Positions 13,537-26,040 are shown, counted from the whole stretch's first letter. The stretch: DNA of 61,426 bases, filler included, from Dugesia japonica (GCA_001938525.1; 5 parts of 5 records of this genome joined end to end with filler, not necessarily neighbours in it), one strand, 5' to 3'. The notes: generated by a model not told the origin, from the letters alone. Numbers and translations: made by a program.

Positions 13537-15186
13537 AAAGAAACTATGACTTTCAAGTAATGTTTCTATAAATAGTTTATTAATAAATTAACAAAATTAA
13601 ATTAATAAAATAAAAAAAATATAAAAATTCTTACTTTATTTACGAAAAGTAAAATTTTATTTCAAATAACAAATATGTCCCGGCTTTGCAAAACTAAAGG
13701 CATAGCATAAAACTGTGACTCTTTAATATAACCTATATTAACTTAGCTAACATATAGGCAATTGCTGTGTTCTGTATATGTAGCTAGATAAGGATTATGA
13801 TTTAGAGCTAGACACTGTTAGCTATAGCTTGTGTAATATAACTAACGCTGAGCTGAATATAAGATACTGGTTTATTAAACACATTCTATCAGGGCATGTG
13901 GACGTTTTGCATACCAAGCCAACACACCAATCAACCAACAAATATATGTATGTGTATTTTATACACTCGCAATTTAACTCTATCCCTTTTGTTACCCATG
14001 ATTATTTAAATGAAGTACAAATCAACACTAGTGAGTGTATGCGCAATTTTATGATGTTAATTATCTGTGTCATACGAACAAGGTATCTGCTTCTACTCTA
14101 AAATGGTTTTAATGACTAATCATAGATTGTTTCAAATTTTTTAAGTCAGGGAAGGACATTTTTCTCATTTACTGTATGCGAAAGAAAATCATTAATTAGC
14201 AATTTTCTTTCAATCTGAGCATTAATTGATTTTATATTTTATTTAAAATATTTAGCCATTGCATTTATTTATACAAAAAATATTTCTTTTATATTTTACA
14301 TTATGATATTACCAATTAAAAAGTATAATGTAAATAACATTTATTAAAATAATAAAAAATATCATTGATTTAATCGAACACCTTCTTGTAAAGCTTTGAT
14401 TCGAGGAAGTATTTCATCAATTGACGATAAACCTAAAAAAATGGCTTTTAAATATTAAATATTTTAATAATTTTATCTACTAATTACTTTAAGTAGATCA
14501 CTAATGTTTTAAAATATTTTTCATTTTATTGAAAACTAAGTGCATTTAGTTAAAATTTTAAGTGGCATCAAATAAATTAGTCTAAAATTTATTAAAAATT
14601 CGATAGTAAATAAGTTCAATACTATAAAAGAAACTTTTTTTGGTTCACATTGGACATGTTATTTATAAGATAACGAAATGCAAATGTTTATTAACTTAAA
14701 AAGTAGGATAAATATAAATATAATTAATTTAAGTATTGTTTAACAAATTTTAATATTAAATTTAAACCATTTTGTAAGATCATGAAAATTTTACGATGGG
14801 TTGCTAAATACAATTTCCTTTAGCTGTTGATGTGAAATTACTAACATTGAAAATAAATGTAAAATGAATGGAAATTATCTTTTAGGTATATATAAACACT
14901 GAAGTCATTAGTGTTGAAGAAATGTTATAAAAAATTCGAAAATGTTATTACTTATATATAAATTTAAAGTCACTATACATTTGACCAACTAAATTAATTC
15001 CAAAAATTCTAATTCAACAAATTGAAATGGAAAAGTATCAAAAATTTGTATTTAAGAAAAAAAGAACAAATTATGTTGCTATAAGCCGAATCTTGAATTA
15101 AATTGGTAATTACAGATTTAAATTGCAATGAATTAAATTAAATTTAGATTTGATAAGCCAAATAACTTATAACAAATAACTTTTAC

Positions 15187-16650
15187 TGTCAGCAAGTGGT
15201 TAGTGGCGCACTGGAACACCAAAACTCTCAGTGAATGTTCAAATTTTCAAGGTAATGTGTTTTAGTATACTCGATTTTGATTGGTCGAAACATTCCAAGG
15301 TAAAAAAAAATGTAGGTCAATGTCGTTTCCATGGCAGCAATTAGAAGGCTAATGTCACTTTACGGCACTTAAATTTTTATAATTTTACATTACATTGCAG
15401 GTAAAGACTTCAATTACTCGACGTCTCAACTGCTCGAGTATCGAATAGTAAAATTTTTAAATACTCAGGTAGTTTTAGATGTACCAGAATAGCAATTAAT
15501 AATTAAAATTCGTGTGTATAAATACATGATAAATAAAAAAATAATAGAGAATTAAAGGTCTAAAATTTCAAATCCGTGCGTAGTTTTGTTTTTATAATTC
15601 CCGCAGTAAAAAAAACTCTTTGTTGCTGTGGAAGTCGGTTTTATTGTTATCAATGAATTGAATAATGGATCCAGTTTTCCGTCCATTGTTTAAATGATTG
15701 TAGCTTTTTAAAATCTTCTTTTAAATTTTGGCAACAATCATTTTTATGAGATACATTTGGTTTTGGCCAGTCGATGAAATGGCATTTTTCAACTATTGTT
15801 TTATATGATAAGGGTCTGCTGCAATTAATGTGCAATCTGTCTTCCGATTCCTGTGAAGCATCTAGAGTAATTGTCTAAATAAACATTTCTGGGTATTTTT
15901 TTTAATAATTTCCTGGGCCAAGGAAATTGCCATGGTTTCAGAGAAATGTTTGAAGTGTGTATATGAAATTATAAATATAACGGAAAAATTATAACGATAA
16001 ATATATAAATGATATTTACTTATGAGTTTTATTTATCAGATCTCAGTCAAGTGTTTAGAATGCAGGGTTTTCAACGTTATGAATTTTTTTTTACGAGTAT
16101 TACTCTAGTATTTTGAAAAATGGATAAATATACGCATGTATCGAAAATTCGATACTCGAATTGGAATCTTTAATTGTGGACCTAATGAGGACCAATATAC
16201 GTTCTCACAATAATTATTCATTTACTTCATTAATCTTATCGTTCTTTGAATTAAATAATGACATGCACGGACTAAAACTCTATATTTTACCGCTTCCATT
16301 GTTTTGATAGAAAATGAATAATTTATATCATTATATTCAACTATATCATCTATTATTATGTATTTGTTTATGTTTCGTAATGCAAAATAAATAAATGAAT
16401 TATTTATTTTTATATAACCTACCCCAATAAATATTAATTTTGTTGATAAAAAACCAATAACACAATTTATGTATCGGGTTTCCATTTATTTAAAAAAAAT
16501 AAATAAATCACGGTATTTTTTCGAACTCTAGAGGTTACTAAAACATTTTTTTACCCTGAAATGTTTGACTAATCAGAATCGAGTATACTAAAACACTTTG
16601 ATTTTGACAGGAAGTCTTTGTTCCAGTGCGCCACTATCTACCTACTAACA
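15187..16650. mobile_element. Non-autonomous TIR element with ~120-bp imperfect TIRs (TGTCA..TAACA termini, possibly Ginger-like)
   Basis: TAGTGGCGCACTGGAACA..GTGTTTTAGTATACTCGATT..GGTAAAAAAAATGT at 15187-15313 is inverted at 16540-16650. No clear TSD; superfamily uncertain. Confidence 0.7.
15402..16172 (-). mobile_element. Deleted hAT element nested in the TIR element
   Basis: Short TIRs TAAAGACTTCAATT / AATTGGAATCTTTA; partial 8-bp TSD (ATTGCAGG vs ATTGTGGA); hAT dimerisation-domain remnant LDPLFNSLITIKPTSTAT..FTAGIIKTKLR. Confidence 0.7.
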
Positions 16651-17013
16651 TATTTTCTCTATTTAATGATGTATTAATTCTTAAATTAATAGCTAATTAA
16701 TATAATAAGTAGTAATATATTTTGTTAGGAAATCATTTTTCCTATTTAAACTGATAGTTGTACTAAATCTCCATAATATGACTATTGGAAAAAGTGTCAA
16801 ATTGATAAAAATCAGTTGAGTATTTATAATAAATTTTGTCAAAGGTTGATTAATAACTTAAAATAAAAATAGCAATTATCATATAATCAAATAATTCTAA
16901 TTGTGTAAATATATTATTAAACTTTTATTTATTGGAAATTCCACGGATAATGAACGTGTTTTACTTTTCAATCTTATAATTCATATAGATTGATACGACC
17001 ATTAAAAACTTAA

Positions 17014-17393
17014 TTATATTATTTCAATACTTAAATTAAAAGATTCTACGCGAACAATAATAATATTAATAGTAATAATAATAGAAATATAACTACCCAA
17101 TGAAAGCATTATATCATCTATTAAACATTCAAATTCTGGAAAGAAAGTTTCGTATCTTTCCAATTTTTCTATTAGAATCTCTATATCTTTCGAAAACCCA
17201 AATTGTTCTACTTCTTTTCGACATTTAGAATTCACTAATTGATCCAAAGCATCAACCTCAGCCACTAAACATGCCAATCCTCGCTGATCTTCTAAAGTAA
17301 ATTAAAATAAAATTTATAATTACTTAAGTTGTACAAAATGTAACCAACACGTCCACAAAGACCGTATTTTTGTAAGTCCAATCTATAATCTTT
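17014..17393 (-). CDS. 3' part of an unknown host gene; exons 17393-17324, 17291-17097, 17045-17014
   Basis: GT-AG introns of 32 and 51 nt join into the open frame KDYRLDLQKYGLCGRVGYILYNLKDQRGLACLVAEVDALDQL..LSLESFNLSIEII*. The 5' part is lost at the gap. Confidence 0.6.
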
Positions 17394-17493
17394 NNNNNNN
17401 NNNNNNNNNNNNNNNNNNNNNNNNNNNNNNNNNNNNNTTAATTAATTAANNNNNNNNNNNNNNNNNNNNNNNNNNNNNNNNNNNNNNNNNNNN
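17394..17493. other. Artificial assembly spacer (44N-TTAATTAATTAA-44N)
   Basis: The identical 100-nt construct occurs four times; the 12-mer gives stops in all six frames. Confidence 0.95.
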
Positions 17494-17782
17494 TTCTTTT
17501 GTTTATTGCGAGAACTTATTTCTTTATATTTGTTAAACGTTTCTTGATCTACTTTATTAAGAGGAAAGGTAGAAGTTTATTTTTTAGCAGAAAATTAATT
17601 TTATTATAAAGTTTCTTTCGAATAAGAGTCAAAGTTAAGAATTTTTTGCATCATTAACTTTGGACATTTGTTCAACAATTGAAATTCCTCTTTCTAAATC
17701 TTCAGTCTTCGCCGAAAATTCTTTTTAAAATTTATCAAAAATTCCTGAAATTAGACAAGAAATATTTGTAATAAATTTGTAG

Positions 17783-18130
17783 ATCAAAAGCTTATAAGAA
17801 ACTTGCTAAATAATACTATGCATTTTTGGCTTCGGATTATGTAATTAAGCAAATTACAAGAATTTTCGTTCCAAGTTTGAACAAAGCTGGCAAATTTTCC
17901 ATCATGATATCTCACGGTGAAAACTTGGTCCAAAATGTTGAAGACTTGAAACCTACCATCAAATTTCAAATGAAAAACGTTTTATGTCTTGAAGTTGCAG
18001 TTGGAAATGTAAAAATGACACCATATGAATTTTCTCAAAATATTTCTGTGTCGATTAATTTTTTGGTTTCATTATTGAAAATTAATCATGATATATTAAG
18101 TTGCATTACATCAAAAATCATGTGGGGACT
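17783..18130 (+). pseudogene. RPL10A: 60S ribosomal protein uL1/L10a pseudogene fragment (C-terminal half)
   Basis: [61 protein letters not shown]. Has a stop, frameshifts and non-conservative changes. Confidence 0.9.
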
Positions 18131-19075
18131 GAATGTGTGTTGGTACAGTCCGCCAGTATCTACCTACTAATGAAAGGCTTTCTAAATTAATCTCATGACA
18201 TAATTTGTGTGGAAAAGATTTTCCCAACTTAATACGCAGGAAAAAACAACCTCTCTGACATAATATTACTTAATATGATGTCATTTTTAATTTCCCAACT
18301 AAATGCATTAGATTGAAGTTTCATTACATCACTAATATGGATGGAGGGGGGTACTGTATGTGCGCAGAGGTTGACCACCACTATCTACTTAGTAGAGTGC
18401 TCTTCATTATCTTTCTTCGAATCTTTGTGTTTCATCTGCATTTTTTTAAATTTTTCGTAGTTCTTTATCGATAAAAGTCACTAAAAATATGCATTTTAAA
18501 CTTTTCTTTATATCTGAAAATTCCAAATATTATTTAATCTTTTTAATAAACATTTTACATAATCCCCTTTCTCAAAGATTTTGAGTTTTATTACGTCTTT
18601 AAACTAACCCTTTATTGCGTTGGTCCCCATATAAGTTACATTAAAACTCTCAAAATTTTCCATTTCAAAATTTATATTTTAAAACAATTTGTTTCTTTCG
18701 ATTTCTCTTTAATCTATGTGTACTTTTACCATTAAAATTGCTCTTTTACTTTTTTACCCCAAAAATAAGTAAATAAGTCAAATATTAATTATGCAACATA
18801 CAATTTTAATGAAATCTCAAATGCGATCAATGGTTAAGTCCAAAATTTATTCTCACAATAATTGTAATTATAAAAATCTTTAATATGTGCAAAATATCTT
18901 TACAGTCGTATTTGACAATTATTTGTTATTATCAAAGTAAGATTGTGATTATTACTTGTTATTATTAACGTATATATGCCTTCATTATTTCTAAAGTTAA
19001 GCGGATTCAATAAAACCTTAATGGTTGAAGATTGAGAAAGAATATTAAAATCATTTATCATTATAAAATTAAGCT

Positions 19076-19357
19076 GACTTCTGAGAGGAATAAACAGCAT
19101 TTATCTAAATGAAAAAGAGCAATAACAGGTCTGTGATTCCCTTACATGTTCGGGGCCGCACGCGCGCTATAATGGCAGTAACCACGAGTTTAATTCCTAG
19201 CTAGAAATGGCTGAGTAACCTGCTTAATCACTGTCGTGTCAGGAATAGTGGATTAAAATTTTTTCACTTGAACGTAGAATTCCTAGTAAGTGCAAGTCAC
19301 TAGCTTGAGCTGATTACGTCCTACTCTTTGTACACACCACCCGTCGCTACTACCGAT
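19076..19357 (+). rRNA. Dispersed, mutated 18S rRNA 3' fragment (pseudogene)
   Basis: GAGCAATAACAGGTCTGTGAT, GGGCCGCACGCGCGCTA, GAATTCCTAGTAAGTGCAAGTCA, TTGTACACACC(A)CCCGTCGCTACTACCGAT. Several conserved positions are changed and the flanks are non-rDNA. Confidence 0.92.
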
Positions 19358-19621
19358 AGAATTATGTATCAAAGATAATTATAGTAGTATATAACATAAA
19401 AATAAGAATAGATATATTAATAATTAATGTAAAAATGATAACAAACGGGTATAATAATAATTTAGAAATTTATAATATAACCTAAAATTTAAATTTTTTT
19501 ATTGAGCTTTGTCTCAATGAAATTATTAATAATTAAATAATAAATCACAATAAATAATAATATTATATAATAAATATAGAAATAATAAATAAGGAAAATA
19601 AAATAGTAATAAAAAATTCCA

Positions 19622-19650
19622 TAATAATAATAATAGAAAAATAGAATAAT

Positions 19651-19700
<50 letters not shown>

Positions 19701-19750
19701 NNNNNNNNNNNNNNNNNNNNNNNNNNNNNNNNNNNNNNNNNNNNNNNNNN

Positions 19751-19800
<50 letters not shown>
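19622..19800. repeat. (TAA)n microsatellite containing a gap
   Basis: Direct inspection. Confidence 0.95.
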
Positions 19801-19801
<1 letters not shown>

Positions 19802-19949
19802 TAATAGAAATGAAAAACAATAAAATAATGATAATAATTTTTAATTGGGTTGTTTTAATTGAGCCTTGTATCAAATTCAGACAAGTGACTCATTATTAAT
19901 TTATTGTTGTAAATAGAGTCGCAAATGTTCAAATTTGTTTATTTATATG

Positions 19950-22900
19950 ATCATTTGAAATTCATCTAATTTGGACATGTGTAATTTGACGGGTTAACAG
20001 TTAGCATAAATAATAACCAGACAGTCATTTGAAGCGAAGATCAAATTTAAAGTTAAATTGATAGTTGTGTTAGGGTCCCACCTGAGTTTGTGGTAGAAAA
20101 AGCACGGCTGGGGAAAAACAGCCCTCAGGGTCCCATTCAAGAATTTAATCTAAAGTTCCTATTTAGATCTTCGGTATAGAGCGGTTGACCTCCAACATTT
20201 ATTTGAGGTGCACACTTCTATACCTTTGATTTTGGGTTCATTACTTTTCCCTTATTTATAATCGTTCAATAAACCAATGAATCTTTAAAACTAATATTCA
20301 TTATCCTTTGTTTACATAAATCGAGAGCACCCAGGTCTAACCACTGGGTTGGCTCTTCTGATGTGAAGCCAAAAGCTGCTTCATCATCCTCACTATTTCA
20401 GCACGTCCACGTTTCCTGTTCTAATTATTGGGAGAGGTCTGCGATGTACTGCTCGAGAAACGCTATTTTATGTGTGAGTCTGTGTTTAGTCAGTTCTGAT
20501 AATTCGGCTTGTTTCTTTACAATCTCATCGAGCTTCTTAATGAGGCGGTTTCTTTGCNNNNNNNNNNNNNNNNNNNATTTTGTCGTTTTATGTGTCTTTC
20601 TAATAATAATTTTTGGATTATTCGATGGTACCTACGAAGACTGGTAGGGAAACGAATTTGGGGTACTAAAATAAATTACGTTAATTTAAATACAAGAATA
20701 TGAAATAATCAGTTAATCGTTTTATAATCAGTTGACTAAGGAGAATGAGCAGAGGTACAACATTTGAATAACAACTTTTATTTATTAATATTATTAATAT
20801 TGAAACACAACTAATAATGATAAGATTAAGTAGCACTTAGGATAATTTAATTGTCAATCTGAAGGGGCATTTTCGGAAGTGCCACCATCATCATTATTTC
20901 ACAACTCCCATAGAGTATTCGTTACGAACTCCCTTAACCCGGAGAAAGATGGTAGATGAGCCGACGATATTGGTATTACCCAGGGGCCGCCTCTCCACTC
21001 ATTCGTAGTCTGTAGCTCTTCGATGCTAATGGGGAGAAGGCCGTAGCAGTGTGGTAGACCTCTCGCGTTTGATCGGGTCCGTTCCACTCGTAATATGCAC
21101 GCCGCTCGGCCGCGTCCCATTCTCGTTCATTATCGGGATCTTTCTTGGACAGATTAGCATAATCCGCGAGCATCCCGGCATCTGGGTTATGGAGGTTCCC
21201 ATATCTTTTGAAGATCAACCTACCAGTGCGTCTATCCAAAAGTGTCTCCCACTTATATTTTATTTGTATACTAAAATAAAGGAAAATAACGACAATAAGT
21301 TATTAATTACATAAACCAGAATTGTCAAGCAATGTATATTTAATTCAATATACAGCGAAAACTTATCAGAAGTTATTTATCATCATCTATATCAACTGGA
21401 TACTCCAAGGGGAACATCTCAACGAAACATTGCAAGTCAGTNGCCTTCGAAGAGAATGTAAGCTAATAGCTGTTTACTCCGGACCTTACGCCTCTCCTGC
21501 CGAATCAGTTTTAATGTTTTTGACAGAAAGTCGGACATGAGTAGTCTGAATTAAAGTTAATCATTATTTTATAACGTACTGGATACTTTACTAAATGGAA
21601 GCATAAAAAGGACCTATGAAGTCAGTTCCTCGACTACAATACCGGTAAAAAGGACGCTAAAGTACATTAACCGGTGCTTGCTTGGACAAATGATTTATTT
21701 ACGATTAGTAACTGTTATTTCTAATAACAAAAATCCAAATGGTAATAATATTATAGAAAACAAATGAGAATAATCACGATCATAACACCAAAATTTAACC
21801 CATACTATGTAAGTGCTTTTCAAATCGGTAGTCGTAATTTTAACGAAACCATGAAAAATCATAGAGTTACGGATAATGTTAGCGGTTATAATGTAACATG
21901 CTGAATATATAAAGTTAATCCTTAGCTATCGACAAAATAATAATTGGTAGTAATATACCAGAACAAATATGACAATAACGCTCATTAAAAAATAATCATG
22001 TTAATAATAATAATAATATCACTAATAATAACAATTACTGCAACAATGTTAATAATAATAGGGATAGTGACTATCGTGTTCCTCATTGGTCCTTACATAA
22101 CACTCTGAGCATATAATCAGACAGCAATTTTCTTAAGTAACACATTGAGTATGCACAAATATATCTTATTAAGGCTCGTGTGAGGAATAGTTAATGAAAT
22201 TATTGATAATAGTATCCTCAAATATAACAATAAAGATAATAAACCTATCACTATTATCATGAGATTAATTTTAATTAAAGCATCATGGTAATATCCATGC
22301 CAATAGCATTAAACGACACACTCCCACTTCTTTTGACGCTAACTCCCATGTGTAACAACTGAGCAAGAAAAAAAAAGAGATGGCGTGATGTTGTCATTGC
22401 GTGCCTTAATGATGTTGTAGTCATAATCGTCGTGAAGAATTTGTGCCTGTGTGTTTAATGTTGCGATGACAGTTAAGCAAAACTATGTAATTACGTGAAT
22501 GCCACCTGTCGTATATAGGTATGTACTTTTCCAGGAGAGTGTGTGTTTCACATTGTAGAGTGGTTATGCCATCAATTGAAGTGATTTTAGGTTTGTTCGT
22601 GAATAGGGAGTTGGCTACTGTCAAGTACCGAGATCGCACTGGTGTTTCATCTGGAAGGGAAATTTTGTTTGTAATTAAAAATTGGAATAGTATTCAGATT
22701 GTCTAATAGATGTTTTTAAGCATCAGACTCTAACTGTTGAAATTTATTTGATGACATTACCGACAATATAAAATCAATGTGGTTACAATTTACTGTGTTC
22801 TGGGTGATTGCCTATCCGGTTATTGTCAACTGTAAATATCTATTTATCACAATATATGTAGAATTAAACAAAGAAGCACTTATAGAAATACTTTTATTAA
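19950..22900 (-). mobile_element. Unclassified retroelement-like remnant (possible BEL/Pao-type integrase Zn-finger, TTA-rich spacer, exon-like ORF blocks)
   Basis: LLNCHRNIKHTGTN at ~22440-22485 resembles an integrase H-x4-H-xG motif. GC-richer ORF blocks follow polypyrimidine-AG sites. A diverged relative lies at 50.7-52.2 kb. Confidence 0.45.
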
Positions 22901-24831
22901 TAAGTAAAAATTAAACACATTTACTGCAGTAATAAATATAAAATAACGCATGCTTACTCGTAAGTGAAATTTTCTTCTTGCAACGGCAATAATGATAATA
23001 GCTGAGTTCNNNNNNNNNNNNNNNNNNNNNNNNNNNNNNNNNNNNNNNNNNNNNNNNNNNNNNNNNNNNNNNNNNNNNNNNNNNNNNNNNNNNNNNNNNN
23101 TAGACCACTGAAAATGTGTGTTGATTTCGTTTCCTTTTCAAGATAATCCGATTGTTTTTCCACTATGATTTATTTCACGAAAGTTGATGTGCTAGTTTTA
23201 CGCAATTACTGACACTGATTTAATAAAAATTTTATACGTATTTCGTCTAAAATTCAGGGGGTTTTATATAATTTTCCTATGCATCTCGGCACCATCGCCA
23301 TTGGCTTCCTATTTTTAATTTGAATCTTGTTTCTGATTGGTGATGGTGCCAGTTTTCAGATTTTTCAGAGGTTTTTAGAACTTCCATTGGTAGCTATTTT
23401 TAAGTCACCATATAATTTTCTGTTCTTTGTTTTATTTTTGTTTTCTGGATTACAATTGGTGGAAATTTAAAAGTCTTCTCAAGACCCTCCTGGTAATTAT
23501 AAACTTTTCTTGTTATGAAAACCTATTGCCCTGCATTCATTTTCTTCTCAGATTTTCTTGCCCCAAGTCTCCATGATTTTTCTGAGCGGTTTTATCTTCA
23601 GAAAATCGATTTTGGCTTAATTTATTTTCTTTTTTTGTTGCAATTAATTAATTATTTTTTGATAATTAAATATTTGTTTTGATGATAATTTTCTTGTTTT
23701 TTAACAATATTTTATTTTCTTTTAATTATTGAACCTCACTTTTAGAATAATATTTCAGCCATCTGATATCCTAATTCTTGTTTCCCTTCTTAATCCGATT
23801 TTTTATTAGTTATATTTGTAATTTCCTTGCCGAACCGATGATAAATTCTAATTTGCCTCCTTCTTGTCCCCCCCTCTTTATTAGGTTCTGATTTCGGCCT
23901 TGGGTCTAGATTTTCTTCTAAAGTCGGGTGTTTCACCCCAACAGTTGATTTCAGAGAGAAAATTTTGGCAATTAGTTAAAGTTAATTTGTCCAGAGGTAA
24001 ACTTTATTTTGTTAAGATCCACTAAAATATTTTCGGTTTTATTTCAATCTATTTTGCAGATTGTAAAATAAAATCTCTTGATTAAAAAAAACCAAGTTAA
24101 GGTCCAAAATAAATCGAAATAAAATCTAAAAAACAAAGCAGAATTTTACAATCAGGGTGGTAGCTTTTAGTTAATAAAATTTTCCCATTTATTCATTGAT
24201 TTTTGAAAGTGTTGATCCAAAAACGGTGAAGGGCAACGTTTGGTTATTTTTGCAGATTGTTGGGCATCCTAGTATTTAATCATTCTGGTTATATATCCCA
24301 TTTTAGAAGATATGTAAATATATAACGCCCAACAATCTGTAAAATTTACTCATAACAATAATGAAATAAATTCTAAATAAAAAACCCATTGGTTAGGTGT
24401 AATTTATAAAAACATTAAAAAAAAATTCAATTTAAACAAACACAATTCATCTTTATTAAAGCAAAATATAAACCAATTTCAGCATAATATCAATTTATAA
24501 AAACATTAGTTAAATTATTATTCTTATTTAATTTTTTCAAAAATAAAGCAGATTAGTTAAATGTTATTTCCATTTTGTCTTGTAATAAAACTCAAAACCA
24601 ATCACCAAAATTTCAAGCCAAATTATTACATTTTTATCAAAAACATTAAAATAAATTCAATTTAATATTAATCTAAACCAATTCTCTTAACTTCTCTTCA
24701 CCTCCATTATCTTCTCTTCCACTTCTTATGACTCTTTAATTGACTCTTTTGACTCTTTAATTAACTCTTTACCTCTTTTTTACATCTTTACATCTTTAAA
24801 AATTCATCTAATTAATTACCAAATACTTAAA

Positions 24832-25910
24832 ATGGCTATTAGAATCGAAAAACTCAAAAAACAATTTTCATTTGTTGAAATTTATTTTTCAAGAATTAAA
24901 CCCGCTTCAATTGAAATTCTTAAAACAAGTTTAGATCTTATTATTAATGAAATTGTAACAGATATTAAAACAGAACAAGTAGAAACTAAACTTGAAGAAT
25001 TAGAAACTAAACTTGATAAAATTGAAAACGAATACTCGAAAGTTTCTAGTTCTGAAATAGAAATTAATATTGAAGATTCAGATTCTGATTCAGAATCAGA
25101 TCTTGAAGCTTTAATCAATAAAAAACTTGAAGCTGGTTTCGAAAAAATGAAACTGAAAACGTTAAATTTAATCTATCATTTTCCGAAAAAAGTCAAATAG
25201 TTGTAAAACAAAATATTGAAGAACAAGTTGATGAAGTTTTACAAAGACCATTTTCAAAACCAATCATTGAAGAACCTAAATCAGAAGTTGAAAATGAAAG
25301 TTCATCAGAAGTTTCAGTAGAAGCTGAAATTACTCCAGTTAAAATTCAAAAAGTTCAAAAAGAAATTCCATCAACTTCACAAAAATTAATTAAAAATAAA
25401 AAAATGGAAATCCCAAAAGGTTCCATTAAAAATAAAGTTCCAGTATTAAAACAAAAAGGATAAAGTACAATAAATCAACAAAATAAAATAACTCCTTTTA
25501 CACAATTAGAAAAAGATGTTATCAAAAGAGGAAAACTCGATAGAAAAGAATATGTTCCTTCAGAAAATGATGATGATATTGTTCAAAAGGTTTCAAGTAA
25601 ATTAAATTTCAAACAAGAGTTTTTAAGATCTTTCAATTCTCCTCCAGTTCATTCAGTTATTTTAAAACAAGAAGCAAATAAAAAAGTATTGAGTGTTTAT
25701 GAATTTTCAGAAGATACTTATAAATCTTTCGATAGAAAAAGAATTACTGAAGAAATTTATTATTGGAATGAAGTTGTAAATAAAAGCAAACAAATTAGTT
25801 TAATTAGTTATTCAAAATTGGGTAAATTATTATCAATATTAAAAACGTAATTTAATAAAAATTCTGATTTTATAAATTATTTATCTGGAAGAGAAATTCG
25901 TTATTCAATA
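24832..25910 (+). pseudogene. Homologue of the Polinton B accessory gene at 59160-60300 (coiled-coil, acidic, helical C-domain)
   Basis: Reading continues past a frameshift near 25165 and two stops to ENDDDIV..NFKQEFLRSF..VYEFSE..YYWNEVV..LISYSKLGKLLSILKT*FNKNSDFINYLSGREI, which aligns by eye to the 59.75-60.1 kb protein. Confidence 0.7.
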
Positions 25911-25940
25911 ATATATATGTATATATATATATATAAATTA

Positions 25941-26040
25941 NNNNNNNNNNNNNNNNNNNNNNNNNNNNNNNNNNNNNNNNNNNNTTAATTAATTAANNNN
26001 NNNNNNNNNNNNNNNNNNNNNNNNNNNNNNNNNNNNNNNN
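25941..26040. other. Artificial assembly spacer
   Basis: 44N-TTAATTAATTAA-44N. Confidence 0.95.

Noticed and set aside
13714-13940. Possible solo LTR upstream of HMGB (TGTGAC..CCAACA)
   Set aside because: No TSD or second copy found.
18343-18400. PPT-like GGAGGGGGG followed by TGT
   Set aside because: No associated LTR or coding remnant could be supported.
19650-19874. Poly-Leu membrane protein ORF (likewise poly-Met/His at 27.6 kb)
   Set aside because: Translations of microsatellites and N gaps.
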